From contig NC_134030.1 of NCBI RefSeq assembly GCF_964204645.1, forward strand, positions 9,637,222-9,701,221: a stretch of DNA of 64,000 nucleotides. Reading direction: 5' to 3'. Position numbers and translations under genes: made by a program. The DNA comes from Tubulanus polymorphus. Lineage: Eukaryota > Animalia > Nemertea. Each line of letters starts with the position of its first letter. Within the stretch, counting starts at the first letter, position 1. The notes below the pieces were generated by a model. It made no database searches. It was not told where the DNA came from and saw nothing but the letters and a program-made list of their open reading frames with translations. Positions 14,801-27,099 of the stretch are shown in pieces.

Positions 14801-15828
14801 CGCCGAAGCCGAAGCCAAAACGCGTCGAGTTCGCCGACGAGCTCGCCAACGAAAACAAGGAGAACAATAACCTCGACCCGCTTGCCGCTGCTACGACGAG
14901 CCAGAAACACTGCAGCGGCCAGCTGGCGGTGATAAATATCTATCAATACGACGCCGAGGAAGAGCAGAAAAAATTCCCCAATCGCAACGTGATTCGGACT
15001 TACAATCTGAGCATGAACGACGCCGATATCGCCGAATACCATCGGCCGCCGACCCCCGAACCGGAGCCGCAACAAGAGGTGAAAGCCCTCAACGAGGTTA
15101 TACACATGCCTCAGACGAAGACAATCGAAAACGAGACGGCGACAGTCACCAATAATAAAGTGAGGAACTTCAACACGCCGTCATTCGCTAGATTGACCAA
15201 GACACAACGTCCAGTTCAAAAGGGTATGTATCTTCATTGGCAATATCATCAGCACATCATGAGGGTGTATGCCGAGTAGGAGATATGTGAGAAATGTCGT
15301 TATATTACAGATATTACAGCGAATATACCTATATACAATGTTCCTCCCAATCGACATTGTCGGTTACTTCGTGGAACAAAGATTAGAAATTCAAATCACA
15401 TTTCTAGATATTTTGATATTGATTCCCGTTCAACGATATCCGGCATTCTTCACCTCTAATTACATATTGTGTAATCTCGTTTCGTATTTTCAGTTTCCAA
15501 AGAATCGAAAGTTCTCACTAGCAGAAGTATGCAGATCTTGGCGCGGGAAATCGAGCAGGGCCTGACGTTAGCCGTCCACCTTGACCTTCCCGATTCGGCT
15601 ATCACGGGGATCGGGTTCGATTCGCTTTCGAATGGACACAGTCTTGTAGACGTTACGTACAAGGTGTTGTTGCGCTGGAAACGCTCTTTCAAAAGCAAAG
15701 ACAGAGACCAACAGGTCGATAACCTTGTTCTCGCGCTGAAAGAGATGGGCCGATTCGACATCGCGGCAGTCGTAATGGACCGACACCGACAAAACGCTGA
15801 GCTTTCTCCCGATTGCTTCAAATATTAA
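5869..15828 (+). CDS. DTHD1: Death domain-containing protein (ZU5-ZU5-UPA-like-DD; DTHD1/PIDD/ankyrin-type architecture), ~768 aa
   Basis: Exons 5869-5933, 9167-9289, 10087-10270, 11367-11522, 12150-12335, 13235-13593, 14325-15223, 15494-15828. All are GT-AG and phase-consistent, total 2307 nt. ZU5 signatures: KGGTFHFPWGGGIVVPFG..LLSEVYLI..LTIEIP and VSPNGILY..VRFPKKTV..VSIKIPL. C-terminal death domain: LAREIEQGLTLAVHLDL..YKVLLRWK..LVLALKEMGRFDIA. The symbol reflects architecture, not tested orthology; the first exon is the least certain. Confidence 0.8.
13630..14271. mobile_element. pogo/Tigger-like MITE in intron 6 of the death-domain gene
   Basis: Terminal inverted repeats CAGTGGAACCTCGTTA ... 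TAACGAGGTTCCACTA with non-coding interior. Confidence 0.65.
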
Positions 15829-16229
15829 AAGATCGGACCTGTTTGTGATGGGGTGACAGTTTAAATAGTTCTCAAACATTAGTGATATACGTCTCACGTC
15901 GAGGATTTGTCAATTGCAAAATATCAAACGAACAAACGTGCTCATCGAAATGGATTCATTTTCCGATTCGAGACGACCGTCGTATAAGGCAGGATGATAC
16001 GAGTTATTGTGATGATAGTTGAATATCAAGTGACGCTCAGCGCGATAGTATTCATAAATTTCCGGAGTAGAACCTATACGCAGATTTATCTTTAATGTAA
16101 CTTGTAAACCGATTTAAGAGGAAATAAGCACAAATAAGACGTCGATTCGTCGTGTGATAAACTACTGAAATAAAAGCATGCCTATTGTGATTACCATTGA
16201 ATTATTATTACGCTTTTTATTAATGATCC

Positions 16230-16567
16230 ATCCTCGCTTGCCAGGGTTTGATTGTCTCCCGCCGGAAGCTCACGCTAACACAAACCCTTCATTGGTCTAT
16301 TACACTGCCAAAAGATTGAGCGGATAGGTTCCCGCTCAGCACCCACCAGTCTATGTATCTATCCAATTGGATCGTGGTATTTATAGAGCAAACGTCGTGT
16401 CGGTAAAACGCATCTAATTGGCGAGATATATATAGACTGGTGGGCGCTAAGCGGTAACCTGTCCGCCCAAATCGTGGGCGATGTGATAGACCAATGAAGG
16501 ATTTGCGGTCGGGTTTGTGTAGGTGTGAGCTCCAGCGGGCGGCAATCAAACCCTGGCAAGCGAAGAT
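16230..16567. mobile_element. Foldback MITE family A, copy 1 (other copies ~46092-46409 and ~53737-54067)
   Basis: Long imperfect inverted arms: ATCCTCGCTTGCCAGGGTTTGATTG..CAAACCCTTCATTGGTCTAT / ATAGACCAATGAAGGATTTG..CAATCAAACCCTGGCAAGCGAAGAT. The same motifs occur in all three ~330-bp copies. Confidence 0.85.
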
Positions 16568-18852
16568 ATTGTTGATCTTAAAATAGGGATTGACCCTCCT
16601 ATTTATTTAATTGGTAGACTTCGTTTGATTTTTTTGGTGTTCCTTTCAGCATTTTTCTCTTTAAATCGATAATTGGACATTTCGGTTCCGGTTCATTCAA
16701 ACGATCTCCCAACCAGCCTGAACCGGCAAGCGACTGATTGGGCGTATCTTCTCGTTAACGATAGTAACGGATTCGACAGACCCGGAAGCAGTTTCTTTCG
16801 ACGTTTCTTGGTTAAATTAAGCTTGAGACAGAGTGAAACGATTTTTTTTACCTAGCCAAATCTTAACTCATGGCCGTCGAACTCGGTTCACGACGCTGCG
16901 TATATGACAATCTCGTAGTCCATACATATGACACTCACTAACAGTAGCGTCATTTTCGTAATATCTTGAGCTATGATAATCTATATTCAACTTCATTGAC
17001 GTAAGTGAGCGGAACTGTTGTTGGAAATTGCGCATTTTTCGAAGTCACCATCTTCCCGTTGTTATCTATGTTTATCAAGGAAATGCCACCTAGACCACTT
17101 ATATATGATTCTAAATTACTGTTTGTGCAAAACCAGGTAAGTGCGATATGTACCCCACACCTACACAAATGAGGATTGCATACCACACGTGAGAGGGGTG
17201 ATTTTGAAGTGAGAATTGAATGTACTGTTATCACTGACGTGCATTCTATTAAATTATCACCCCAAAGTCGAATACCATTTCAACTATCAATCATCGATTA
17301 GGGGAAGATGCTATGAGAAGGGTACATACGAACTTTGTTTATTATCTACTCAAAATGTCCTCCTAAGTAGCTGTACTAACCCGCGAAGGGCCATGGACCT
17401 TAGGGACGCTTCTTGCTGGATGGGAATAGCTGGTAAACTAGAGAATGAATAAAATTACCCATTTGCGTTTCATCGACACAGTGAGGTAATATCATAATCA
17501 AAGAATCAAGACACACAACGTTTAGTCCAGAATTCAATTCAATATCCGCTAGAAATCATTCTCAGAATAAAATGAATTCGCCCAAGAATAAAGATAATGA
17601 ATCTATTTATCCGTAAGAAAAACCGAACTCGCAAAAATGGCGATAGTATTTTTTTCATCATATTACAGAAGGTTTTTTGACGCCGTAAAAACCGTTATGA
17701 TGACGTTTATAATTTTCATGGCCATTAAAACACGGAAGCGCTCAGATACATGATGATTTATGATTACATTTCAATATTCCACCCTTGAGCACTGACCTTA
17801 ACCCACAAAAGATTGATTTAATTCATAGATGATGAATAATCAGTCATACACCAGGTAACATATTTTCTGAGACACTTACATATGTATTATTTTTCAAGGG
17901 GTCAATAAATTTTCAAGTTAGTTTTCTTGTAAAACTAATTAGAAATTTGCGCGCTTATTATTTGTTTTTGCGTGGTAAGATTTGTTTGTGATCGTTCTAG
18001 TGGAGGATGAAAAAAAAGAATACTAATATCTACCAAATCAGCCACCATAATATTCAGAAGGCATCGCATCGCAAGCGCAATCCCTGCGTATCGGTGAACA
18101 CGAGCCACCAAAAATGCATTCGATTTTCATGAAAGTGGAACTTTCTGTAAGGTGCCCAAGCAAACGTCGGGTCGTGAGAGTACTCACGCAGGAAATTTTT
18201 GAAAAAAACACCTTAAGTGCAACAATTTCACTAATTCTATATGTTTTGGGGAGAAGGTTTTCCTTATTTTCGTACAATTTTTCCAAAAATCAAGTTTTGA
18301 AGTATGCGCATATTTCGAGCTTGTACGAATGAAAAAGTTTTATCAATGAGTAAATCTTTTCAAATCGATGCTCAAATTTTCAGATGTTTTGATCGGTGAC
18401 CCTTACAGTCCCACCTGCCGGGGACGAAACATGGGGTTTGATTTTGAAATATTAATGATAGTAATTAATAATAGTGTAGATATATAGTTGTGTGATCGGC
18501 TGTCGAATTTTGTTTAAATCGAAGTACATAATTGGAAGATGCTAATGCAAGTTATTATGGTGTGTTTGAAATGAAATGAATCCTCAAACGAAATGAATTC
18601 AACAACTAAACTATTGTTCAAACTTGGCCTCTTTATTCAAGACTATTAACAAACTAGTGCCGCGAAACAAAACCGTAATAATGTCGCATAGTGCCGGTTT
18701 GCCAGAAAAATTGGAAAGGAACAATCAAGTAATTCATCTACTTAAAGCGAGGAAAACTGACAAATTTCAAATCAATTAAAAGTGAAGCTACTGTACACTG
18801 GTAGCGAAAGTTCGTGCGTCAAATATACTAGTTAACATCTGAAGTACTACTC

Positions 18853-19108
18853 CAGGGGCGGATCTAGGATTTTCCATGGGGGGGGGGGGGGGTGTCCAAT
18901 GAGAGAAAGGGGCACTTTTTACGAAACACCACATAATCTGAATACTTCCACAACATTTTAGGGGGTGCTTTCGGTCATTTCATGCGTTGAAAAAATATTA
19001 TAGCTGGAAAACCTTGGTCAAAAAAAATTTTGTGGGGTGACATTTTGAGGGCACTTCAAAGTTGAGGGGGGTCTGGACACCCCAACATCCCCCCTAGATC
19101 CGCCCCTG
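18853..19108. mobile_element. MITE with CAGGGGCGGATCTAG termini (related degenerate copies ~11054-11330, 19285-19520, end at ~52386-52400, 62631-62888)
   Basis: TIR CAGGGGCGGATCTAGG / CCTAGATCCGCCCCTG, flanked on both sides by the 5-bp direct repeat TACTC. Confidence 0.8.
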
Positions 19109-20752
19109 TACTCGTCCTGTTGTATTGAACATTTACCAAAACTATCGCTCCTAATAGCAAGAATGTATTCCTCCACAAACTCAACTGCGAGTGAAACTCT
19201 ATGTATGGTGTGAAACACCATCAGGTACTTAATAACGATTAAGCGTGAATGAGTTCGAAATGAAGAGCTATAAATCCTACAGCGCAGGGGCGGATCTAGG
19301 GGGTCCAGAATATTAAATAAATTCTTCTAATTTTGTTTCAGATATCAGATTAAGCAACCATATCATAGGCTTCTAGCGAGGTTTTAGATATTTTCATAGA
19401 AATGCATCGGAAAACATGCAATTTCCGAAGGTTTGCAGGTGTTTTAACGAACTATATGTTTTGATGAAAAGAGCAAGGGCCCGGGCCCCCCTTGCAGGAT
19501 CATCCCCAAAATCCATCTCTTAAAGTGCTAATCTAAATCAAAGATATTAACCAAATTCTAAAGGAAACCGTAGCAAACCGGACTTCAACTTACAACATGG
19601 TGCCGGGACATCGTGTAACAATATTCGTCGGCGTATTCACCAACACGTTTCATTTCATAAAGATAACCATTGGCACCGAAGACTTTCAAAATCAGTATTC
19701 TCTTTATTAACGAATAATCTTAACGAAGCTTTTACAAGATAAATGGCATGGTACGCGTTTGGGTGGAGATATCTAACCTTCATTATGCGCCTGTTTAAAG
19801 TAATAATGGAGTACTTTGATGAATAGATATTAAATATCAAGGCTACAAGTTCGATATTAAACATTTATTCACCGAAGTACTACAATTAACTGTACAGCCG
19901 CACAATATCGATTTTAACAATATCTCTCGCTACCTTTCGCTTATATAATACCGCTTATAAGGCATTTCCCTGTTCTCACGATTAGAATGTGGGAGCTAGT
20001 ACTCAATAAATCTGTAAATTTGAATACAGCCGGATTCGGATTCTAGCTAAAATATCGCAAGACAATACGTTCCTTTCTAAGTCGGATCGCATATATTCAG
20101 TTACAGCGTAGTATTTTCAGTTACTTTGGTTGTTCACGCATTCGGTTATAGATACGGCCTTTGTGTGCGGTTAGTGGCGTAGTTCATTTGCCACTTTCTT
20201 AAGTTGTGGCTTCAGAATTGACTGCGACAATTGACAATTTTTTCATCGTGAAAAACGTGATCATTTTCATGGAGAGATTGTTTACGTTTTAATAAGGTAA
20301 CACTTTGGGCCATATTTCATTGGCTGTACTCATATTTGCATGTACTAATCTTTGATCCTTCGTTCTACAGTTTCTAAGGTATATATTCAATTTGCTGTAA
20401 CAACCAGATATTGCCGAGGTTCACATTATTAAACTCTTCGCAATTCAGGAACCCAGTTCACGATAATTGAACTGGTTTGCATTTCATCAAATAGAAGTTA
20501 ATTCACTCACCGCTGCGATGTCCGGTGAAGTGACTTCAAAATCAATATAAGTTATTGAAAAAAGTCAACTACTTGCAGTTGGGCATCAACGCTAATGGAA
20601 AACGACCAATTCACAGTACAAAATTGCGTACATTAATCGGTACTTACTAAATCATTATTTTAGAATAGATTATATCTACTGACATCTAATTTCATCATAT
20701 TACTATGGTCATGAAGGATACTCTGTACGACGAGAATATAGGATGACGGTTT

Positions 20753-20907
<155 letters not shown>

Positions 20908-21068
20908 GTATACAGCGATTGTTACAACAAAAATGCTTCCTGCCGAATATCCTATCCAATGCACCAGTCAGCGAACATTTTAGCGAACATGGTAGTATTT
21001 CGCAAGTTTGACAAATCATCCCATGTCTTTGTTATGTCAATCTTGCGCAAAAACGGGGGCTGGTGAAA

Positions 21069-21376
21069 GCGAGTTCGTGAGCGATACTGGACCCCTGGTA
21101 AGCGAGGAAGGACACATTGAGGACGCATGTAGAAGTAAACGTGCACAACTGAAACGACATTCAGAATTCCATCAAAATCAATGGAAAAAGTTCCTAAAAG
21201 CCTGAAATAATGTCCGAAATTATGTCTAAACCTGCAGGTGAATGTATTCTTTCAATCCATACCAAGAACACCCATTTCCAGTGTCATTCACCGGGATCAT
21301 TCGCGTTTCACAGAAAGCGAATAACTCACTTTCTACGATATATAGATATAAATCCTATAATCTTGTATTGGACGAA
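21069..21376 (+). repeat. Dispersed ~310-bp repeat; second copy at 28219-28531
   Basis: GCGAGTTCG.GAGCGATACT..CCCCTGG.AAGCGAGG..GAGGACGCAT.TAGAAGTAAAC..GCGTTTCACAGAAAGCGAA..TCTTGTATTGGACGAA is shared by both copies. Confidence 0.85.
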
Positions 21377-21657
21377 ATTTGCGTAAACAAATCGACCCGT
21401 CGTGGGACATTTCTTTAGAGATTAGTGGACATAGTGGACAGGAACGTGGTCACCAGGAAAGTCTTCAAGGCTGCCCATTCGACTGTTGCAGTCACCGCAC
21501 AATAGGACTTTTCCGCGTTATCCAATCTAGTTGTATGATCTATCAAATCGTCAAAGGTTCGTGCTGAACGGGATATTGTCCGGACAACCTCATCCGCCGT
21601 ATCTAATATATGCTGGCCCAGGTATATGCTTGCCAGGTCATAAAGGTTTCGATAGCG

Positions 21658-22863
21658 TTAGATGTTCGTATTATCATAACACGTACTTTTCCTTGCAGAA
21701 TTGACTCGAACCTTCGTTATCTGTTTGCTAGATGACGATTCACCACTGTCGCGTAACTGACTCGCGGAAGGCGTCGTCGTTGCGAAACGATCGACCCCTG
21801 GAGATATCACGTTACTCGCCGAAAAATACATCGTCGGATTTCTCGGGACGAGCGTTTGACTCGTCTGCGCCGACGTCAACGCGACTACACCATTCGACAG
21901 CTGAGGTGACGTTTCGTTCCTCATTAAACATTTGAAGGCGTCTCGAAATGCTTGGTGATAATTCTTGTTACAGAAAACGTATATGATCGGGTTGATGAAA
22001 GAGTTCGAGTAAATGATCAACATAACGCTATGCCTTGCAGCGAGGTCAAGGTTTTTACCTTCGCTTTTGGTCATGGCCTTCCAATACAACGCCAAAAACG
22101 GCGTCCAGCATATTATCGAAGCGAACACTAACGCGCACGTAGTTATAAGAGTCCTTTTCAGATAAGCGTTCGATTCTCTATGACTCGGTATATTCATACC
22201 CGTATTTCCTGCTATTACTCGATTCTGTTTGTACAATATGCGTATCATGTCCGCGTTAAGGGTCAAAAGACCCAGAATCGGCACGGTTAGCGCTAACGTA
22301 TTAGTCACGTGATTTGCCACGTTGCTTACCGCTATGTAGTGACAACATTTCGGGGCCGGGTCTGCTGATGTCATACGCCCCATCACGTACACCGTCGGAA
22401 TGAGCCAACCAATAACGATTGTCATGGTCGTTATTCTATCGGCGTGTTTTCTGTAGAAAGTCGAACCTCTGACTGCTATGTATCTGTTAACGGTAATGCA
22501 TAGCACGTTACAACACGAGGCCATTAACGAGAAAGTTACTAACGTGTGCATCGCCAAGCACAATCTGATACTCGCGTTTCCCGGTTCTGATGTAAATAGC
22601 TGGACGAGCGGAAATATGACGATACCGACGATCGTGTCCGCAAGGGAGAGACTCACCAGAAGGCGATCGAAGCGCGTTCGTAGGTTCTTATACGCTATAG
22701 CAAACGCCAAGACTAACATGTTGCCCGTCAACACGAAAAAGGCCATGAAAAACATGGTGAGCAAAACGATGTGTTTCATTCCCGACCCGGGCGGTAAGAT
22801 GTATCTGGAACAATTCACTCGGCTGCCATTTCTTACCTCGTCAACGTACATCAGACTTCCCAT
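21658..22863 (-). CDS. Class A (rhodopsin-like) G protein-coupled receptor, orphan/aminergic-adenosine-like, 401 aa
   Basis: Single-exon ORF with seven hydrophobic segments. Motifs: GN in TM1, LSLAD in TM2, TM3 Cys with an NRY motif, W in TM4, CWTP in TM6, NSFINPIIY in TM7, helix 8 YHQAF. N-terminal N-glycosylation sequons (NGS, NCS). A likely 5'UTR acceptor (TTGCAG) lies at ~22913. Confidence 0.95.
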   Translation of the reverse strand: MGSLMYVDEVRNGSRVNCSRYILPPGSGMKHIVLLTMFFMAFFVLTGNMLVLAFAIAYKNLRTRFDRLLVSLSLADTIVGIVIFPLVQLFTSEPGNASIRLCLAMHTLVTFSLMASCCNVLCITVNRYIAVRGSTFYRKHADRITTMTIVIGWLIPTVYVMGRMTSADPAPKCCHYIAVSNVANHVTNTLALTVPILGLLTLNADMIRILYKQNRVIAGNTGMNIPSHRESNAYLKRTLITTCALVFASIICWTPFLALYWKAMTKSEGKNLDLAARHSVMLIIYSNSFINPIIYVFCNKNYHQAFRDAFKCLMRNETSPQLSNGVVALTSAQTSQTLVPRNPTMYFSASNVISPGVDRFATTTPSASQLRDSGESSSSKQITKVRVNSARKSTCYDNTNI

Positions 22864-23229
22864 CGTGAACTAGTGTAGATTTACGATGAAATCCCGATAT
22901 ATTCGTGTATTCCTGCAATGTACGAAACATGAATGAAGGAATCGTTGCTTTTTTCGTTACTATTTTCTGTCGTTACTTAACCCTCTAGTGCCTGGGCCTG
23001 AAAAATGTACGATATCTCTTATTGAACTTATGTTTTCCGCATCGTCTAGCAGCATACGGCACGAATTCAGTATCAATTTGGAAACATTCACAAATTTCCT
23101 CATAATTTCAAAGAACTATGAGGACATAAAAGTGTAGGTAAAAGCTTTAATTTATGAAGTAAGTTAGTATAAGTGAAGTTTATTCTGACCTTGAATTAAG
23201 TACAAGAATGCTATTAAAATATGTTAATG

Positions 23230-23600
23230 CAGCATATACAATTGACGCTTTTTCACATTTGTCTCAGTGCTTAAAAACAGGAATCCCTTAGTAATCTGGA
23301 TATAGACGAATGGAAGTGCAATCTTTGCAATTCTGGTGACATCAATGATGAAATGCATTATCTCCTGTGAAAAATCCTCAATGACGAGTATGGCCACACA
23401 AACCTGGCGCCATCTATCATGAAAACTATGTACAAAGTGTCGAGGAGCTTCCCAGGCAATTACTTTGGATACTTTGATAACTTGAATGGCAGCTAATATT
23501 AGACATATTTTTGTCCACGTGTGTGGACCGGAGGTCAAATTATCAAATTATTCACAGTTCATTTTTCTTCTGTTCAGACTTTTTTTCAAAAACCAATTTG
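23230..23600 (+). mobile_element. Degenerate LINE 3' fragment
   Basis: Plus strand reads KCNLCNSGDINDEMHYLL, the Cys-x2-Cys..DE.H motif typical of the LINE ORF2 C-terminus, then hits a stop. Confidence 0.55.
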
Positions 23601-24848
23601 TCTTATGCATTTACGTCATCGCGGTTAAGTCGACGAAAGTATATGCAATTTTCATGCAATCCTATGATTATGTCGTCTCGGAGTCAATACGGTTGTATAT
23701 CATATCGACGATTGAGGTTGAAATGACGTTTTGTTTCGACAGTGTATGTTTATTCTTAAAATTCTAAAATTTCGGACGAATCGATCTAGGAAATTTGGAA
23801 GGCCGGGGTACGAAGAAAATAAAAAGATTTTCTCGAATAAAGCAGCCATTTCATAGGGCTACTAACTGGGTCCCGACCTCGTTATTTGATATTCTGGTCC
23901 ACTACCTTGGAATTCACTCGATCCAACTTTAAAGGAGTCGAAGAGTATCTACGTTTTTAAAAAGAATTTCAAACATCATCTGTTAATGGGTCACTCTGTT
24001 TAATGTATATTGATCTGAATTTATTGTGCCTTGTCATGATTTCCATGCGTGTGCTTGCCCAAGTGTGATAGTTTGGCGAAAGGTTGTGTGCATGTGTGTG
24101 CGTGTGTGCGTGTGTGATTTTCATGGGTACCAGGGCCCTGTTTTATGGTTACAAGTGTTTTACTTCTCCTGGTATCCATCGACTTATAATTACCATATTA
24201 TTTTGTGTAATTTCCTAATGTAATTTAATTTGTAAATAAAGAATAATAATGATGATAATATTTTAGAAGAAATGTGCGCGGAAAGATGAAATTTCCGAAA
24301 GGATGTGTTTCAAATAAGCAGGTTTTTACGATCTTTGGCCTGGCGAAAAGGGCAACCTCAATGGAAAGGCATGGGTCCGGACCCCCAAGACCACCTCCTA
24401 AATCCGGCTGGCTATATTATACGGATGAAATAGGACAGTAGACATATGGTAGGCAACAGCGGAATAATTAAAGCAAGCAACATTTAGTTCAAGAAGTGAA
24501 TAACATCCTTGGATAAACACTATTGTGTTCAAAACGCGGATTTCATTTTTAAGAAATCGACAACCTGCCAATACGCAAAATCTAATCCTGGACCTAGTAT
24601 TCGCGTGATCGCTTCAATAACCACACGACCACGCAGAATATGCTGACTTCATCCCGATAGGCAAGACTGGGTTTGGTCTCAAGTCCCACATATCCTGATG
24701 CCATCACGTGACTCGCCGCTGCGCCCGTGCAGTGCCATGACGTCATTATCGGCCAATCATATTGGAAATCACGTTTTATTCCAGCGCAGGTTATTCTACA
24801 GAATACATACGTGAATTTTCCTCAGCGATTGCCAGACTAATAGGTTAA

Positions 24849-25220
24849 GCTTCGTCCACACTTGCTTCTAATATCGGAATTACGCGTGTACGCTACGATC
24901 GAAAAACGGGATCAATACATAGTTTTCCGCAAAACCCGGGTTTTAGAAAAAGAAAAAGAAGGGTACACTCCTCATTGAACCCGCGTCCGCCTACTATTAG
25001 GACTGTATTTTGTATAGTGTAGACGGTAAACCCACGTTCAATGCAGCGTTCGGGCGCTACAATTGACATTGAATGCGAACTTCGTGGATTCGTACTACCG
25101 AAGGCGGGTTAACGTGTAGATGCTACTCACTACGAGTACATTACACGGCGCCACTCACCCGGGTACATTGAAACCCGGGTACAGTGAAACCTGGGTTCAA
25201 CGAGCTAGTGTAGACGTGGT
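24849..25220. mobile_element. PIF/Harbinger-like MITE (degenerate)
   Basis: Imperfect TIRs GCTTCGTCCACACTTGCT / AGCTAGTGTAGACGTGGT, TAA/TTA flanks, internal repeated AAACCCGGG palindromic motifs. Confidence 0.5.
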
Positions 25221-26089
25221 TTATGTGATGTCATCAGGTTCAAATCCCTGAGACGCATTTCCCAAGTACTGCCGCGTTTTGAAGGATCTCATCTTTGAAT
25301 CGAATTTACGTATATTATAATCTCTATCTGGACACTTGAAACCAGGGCACTCCAACCAGGCTTTACGCACGCGTGAAATCACGCATCGAAGATCAATTTT
25401 GCCGGGAAACATGGGATTCGAAACCACGCCCAGGTGTTTGTATTGTGATTACGTCATGATTTCCCGTAGACATGTGATTCGTGAATTTTCCGTCGTTGAT
25501 GAGATCTAAAGTCTCGGATGGTACCTATATTGCTTGAACGAAATCTTATGCCTAGAACGAAATGTCACTTCTTGGAAGGTTTCAAACCTAAAATCCGCGT
25601 TTTGGACAGAATATCCTATATCTTGAAATGAAACAATCATTCTTCCTTGAATTATGGATATAACGTCAAGCATTATTTCTGCTTTTGTGGCGTAAAATAC
25701 AAACATCACATGGAAATATCAAAGCGATTTTAAGTTCCATAGGTTTAATTGCGGGAGAGTTTAATACTAAATTGTTAAATACTAAATAATAGCAAAACGC
25801 AACTATCAAAAATTGATTTTAAATTTTAAAAAAAACCATGATTTTACTTACATGATTCGGTCAATCGATTTCGACGCATCTCTTCGAGTCCTTTTCGAGT
25901 CCTTTTCACGAAATGAATAGATACAAACTAGCAACACTACTGTGGCAAGCGGAATTCCACCATAATCCACCAGGTGTCGCTAGTGTACAATACGACGTCA
26001 TTCAAAAATTTAATCAGGCAATGAATATCGATCCAACACCTTAAACAAGCTAGCGTATTTCTTTGGAGTTTTGATTAAAAATGAAAATA

Positions 26090-27099
26090 CAGGGTGTCCC
26101 ATTAATTACTATACATAAAGAACTGCCTGTCATTTTCAAACCGCTTGAGATAAATCAGCCAAATCGTCAGGAGAGATGGACTATAATAATACTTTTCACC
26201 ACAAAAATTACTTAACTAAAATCAAATTACTTTACAAAATATGCTGGATGGGAGAACCTTTCAATTTTATCACATGATTCAGTCTATTGTTGAAATTTCT
26301 CAGTACATTGACAATCATCTGTGTTATTGCAGTTGTTTCTCTTTAAATCATCAATAGTTTCTGGCTTGTTTTGGTACACTGTGTCCTTCAGCTAGCCCCA
26401 CATGTATCCAGTGGATTTAAGTCAGGCGAGTATGGGGCCCAGTCGTTTACAGTTTGGAGCGCTAAGATTCTGTCACCGAAATGCCTATGCAGAACATCAA
26501 TTGTTTTGTGTGCTGAAAGACATTGCACACCATTCTGTCGGGACCACACAGGATTGAAACATCCTCTAGACATCTACGAATTTTGTAATGGAGTACTGAA
26601 TCAGCATCTTATGATAGCTGGCTCCATTCATAGTCAGCATTTCCTTTTTTGTCAAAAAGGTATGGCCCGATTATAGGCCCACTGGATGACCTACTGTATG
26701 GCAAATCCAAAGATCACACCTCGTAGACAACAGACAGCTCACTTGATGACATTGATAAAGTGGCTTCTCTGCAATCAAATAGGGATTCTTGACACCAAAA
26801 TCTATGGTTCAGACTGACAGAAAGATTTGGTTTCCTAAAACCAGCATACCATCTAGGCTTTTTGTTTCAGATACATAGATATGATTTAACAGTGATATAT
26901 TCTTAATCACAATTATACAAAATCACTACAACAATTTAATCACTTGCTAGGAAATCACTAAGCAAATTACCATAGCAACCACGATAATAATCAAAAAGTA
27001 CTGTTACATCTATCATTTGGTGGAAAATCGAAACATTTCATTAAGAAATGTGGAGGATACAGGCAGTTCTTTATGTATAGTAATTAATGGGACACCCTG
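26090..27099 (-). mobile_element. Tc1/mariner superfamily DNA transposon remnant (defective transposase)
   Basis: Perfect 41-bp TIRs CAGGGTGTCCCATTAATTACTATACATAAAGAACTGCCTGT (26090-26130 / 27059-27099) with TA target duplication. Minus-strand fragment contains WAPYSPDLNPLD, the transposase catalytic motif. Confidence 0.93.

Noticed and set aside
14316-15897. Several overlapping alternative-frame and antisense ORFs (127, 130, 206, 121, 109 aa)
   Set aside because: Shadows of the GC-rich exons of the death-domain gene; no independent motifs or splice support.
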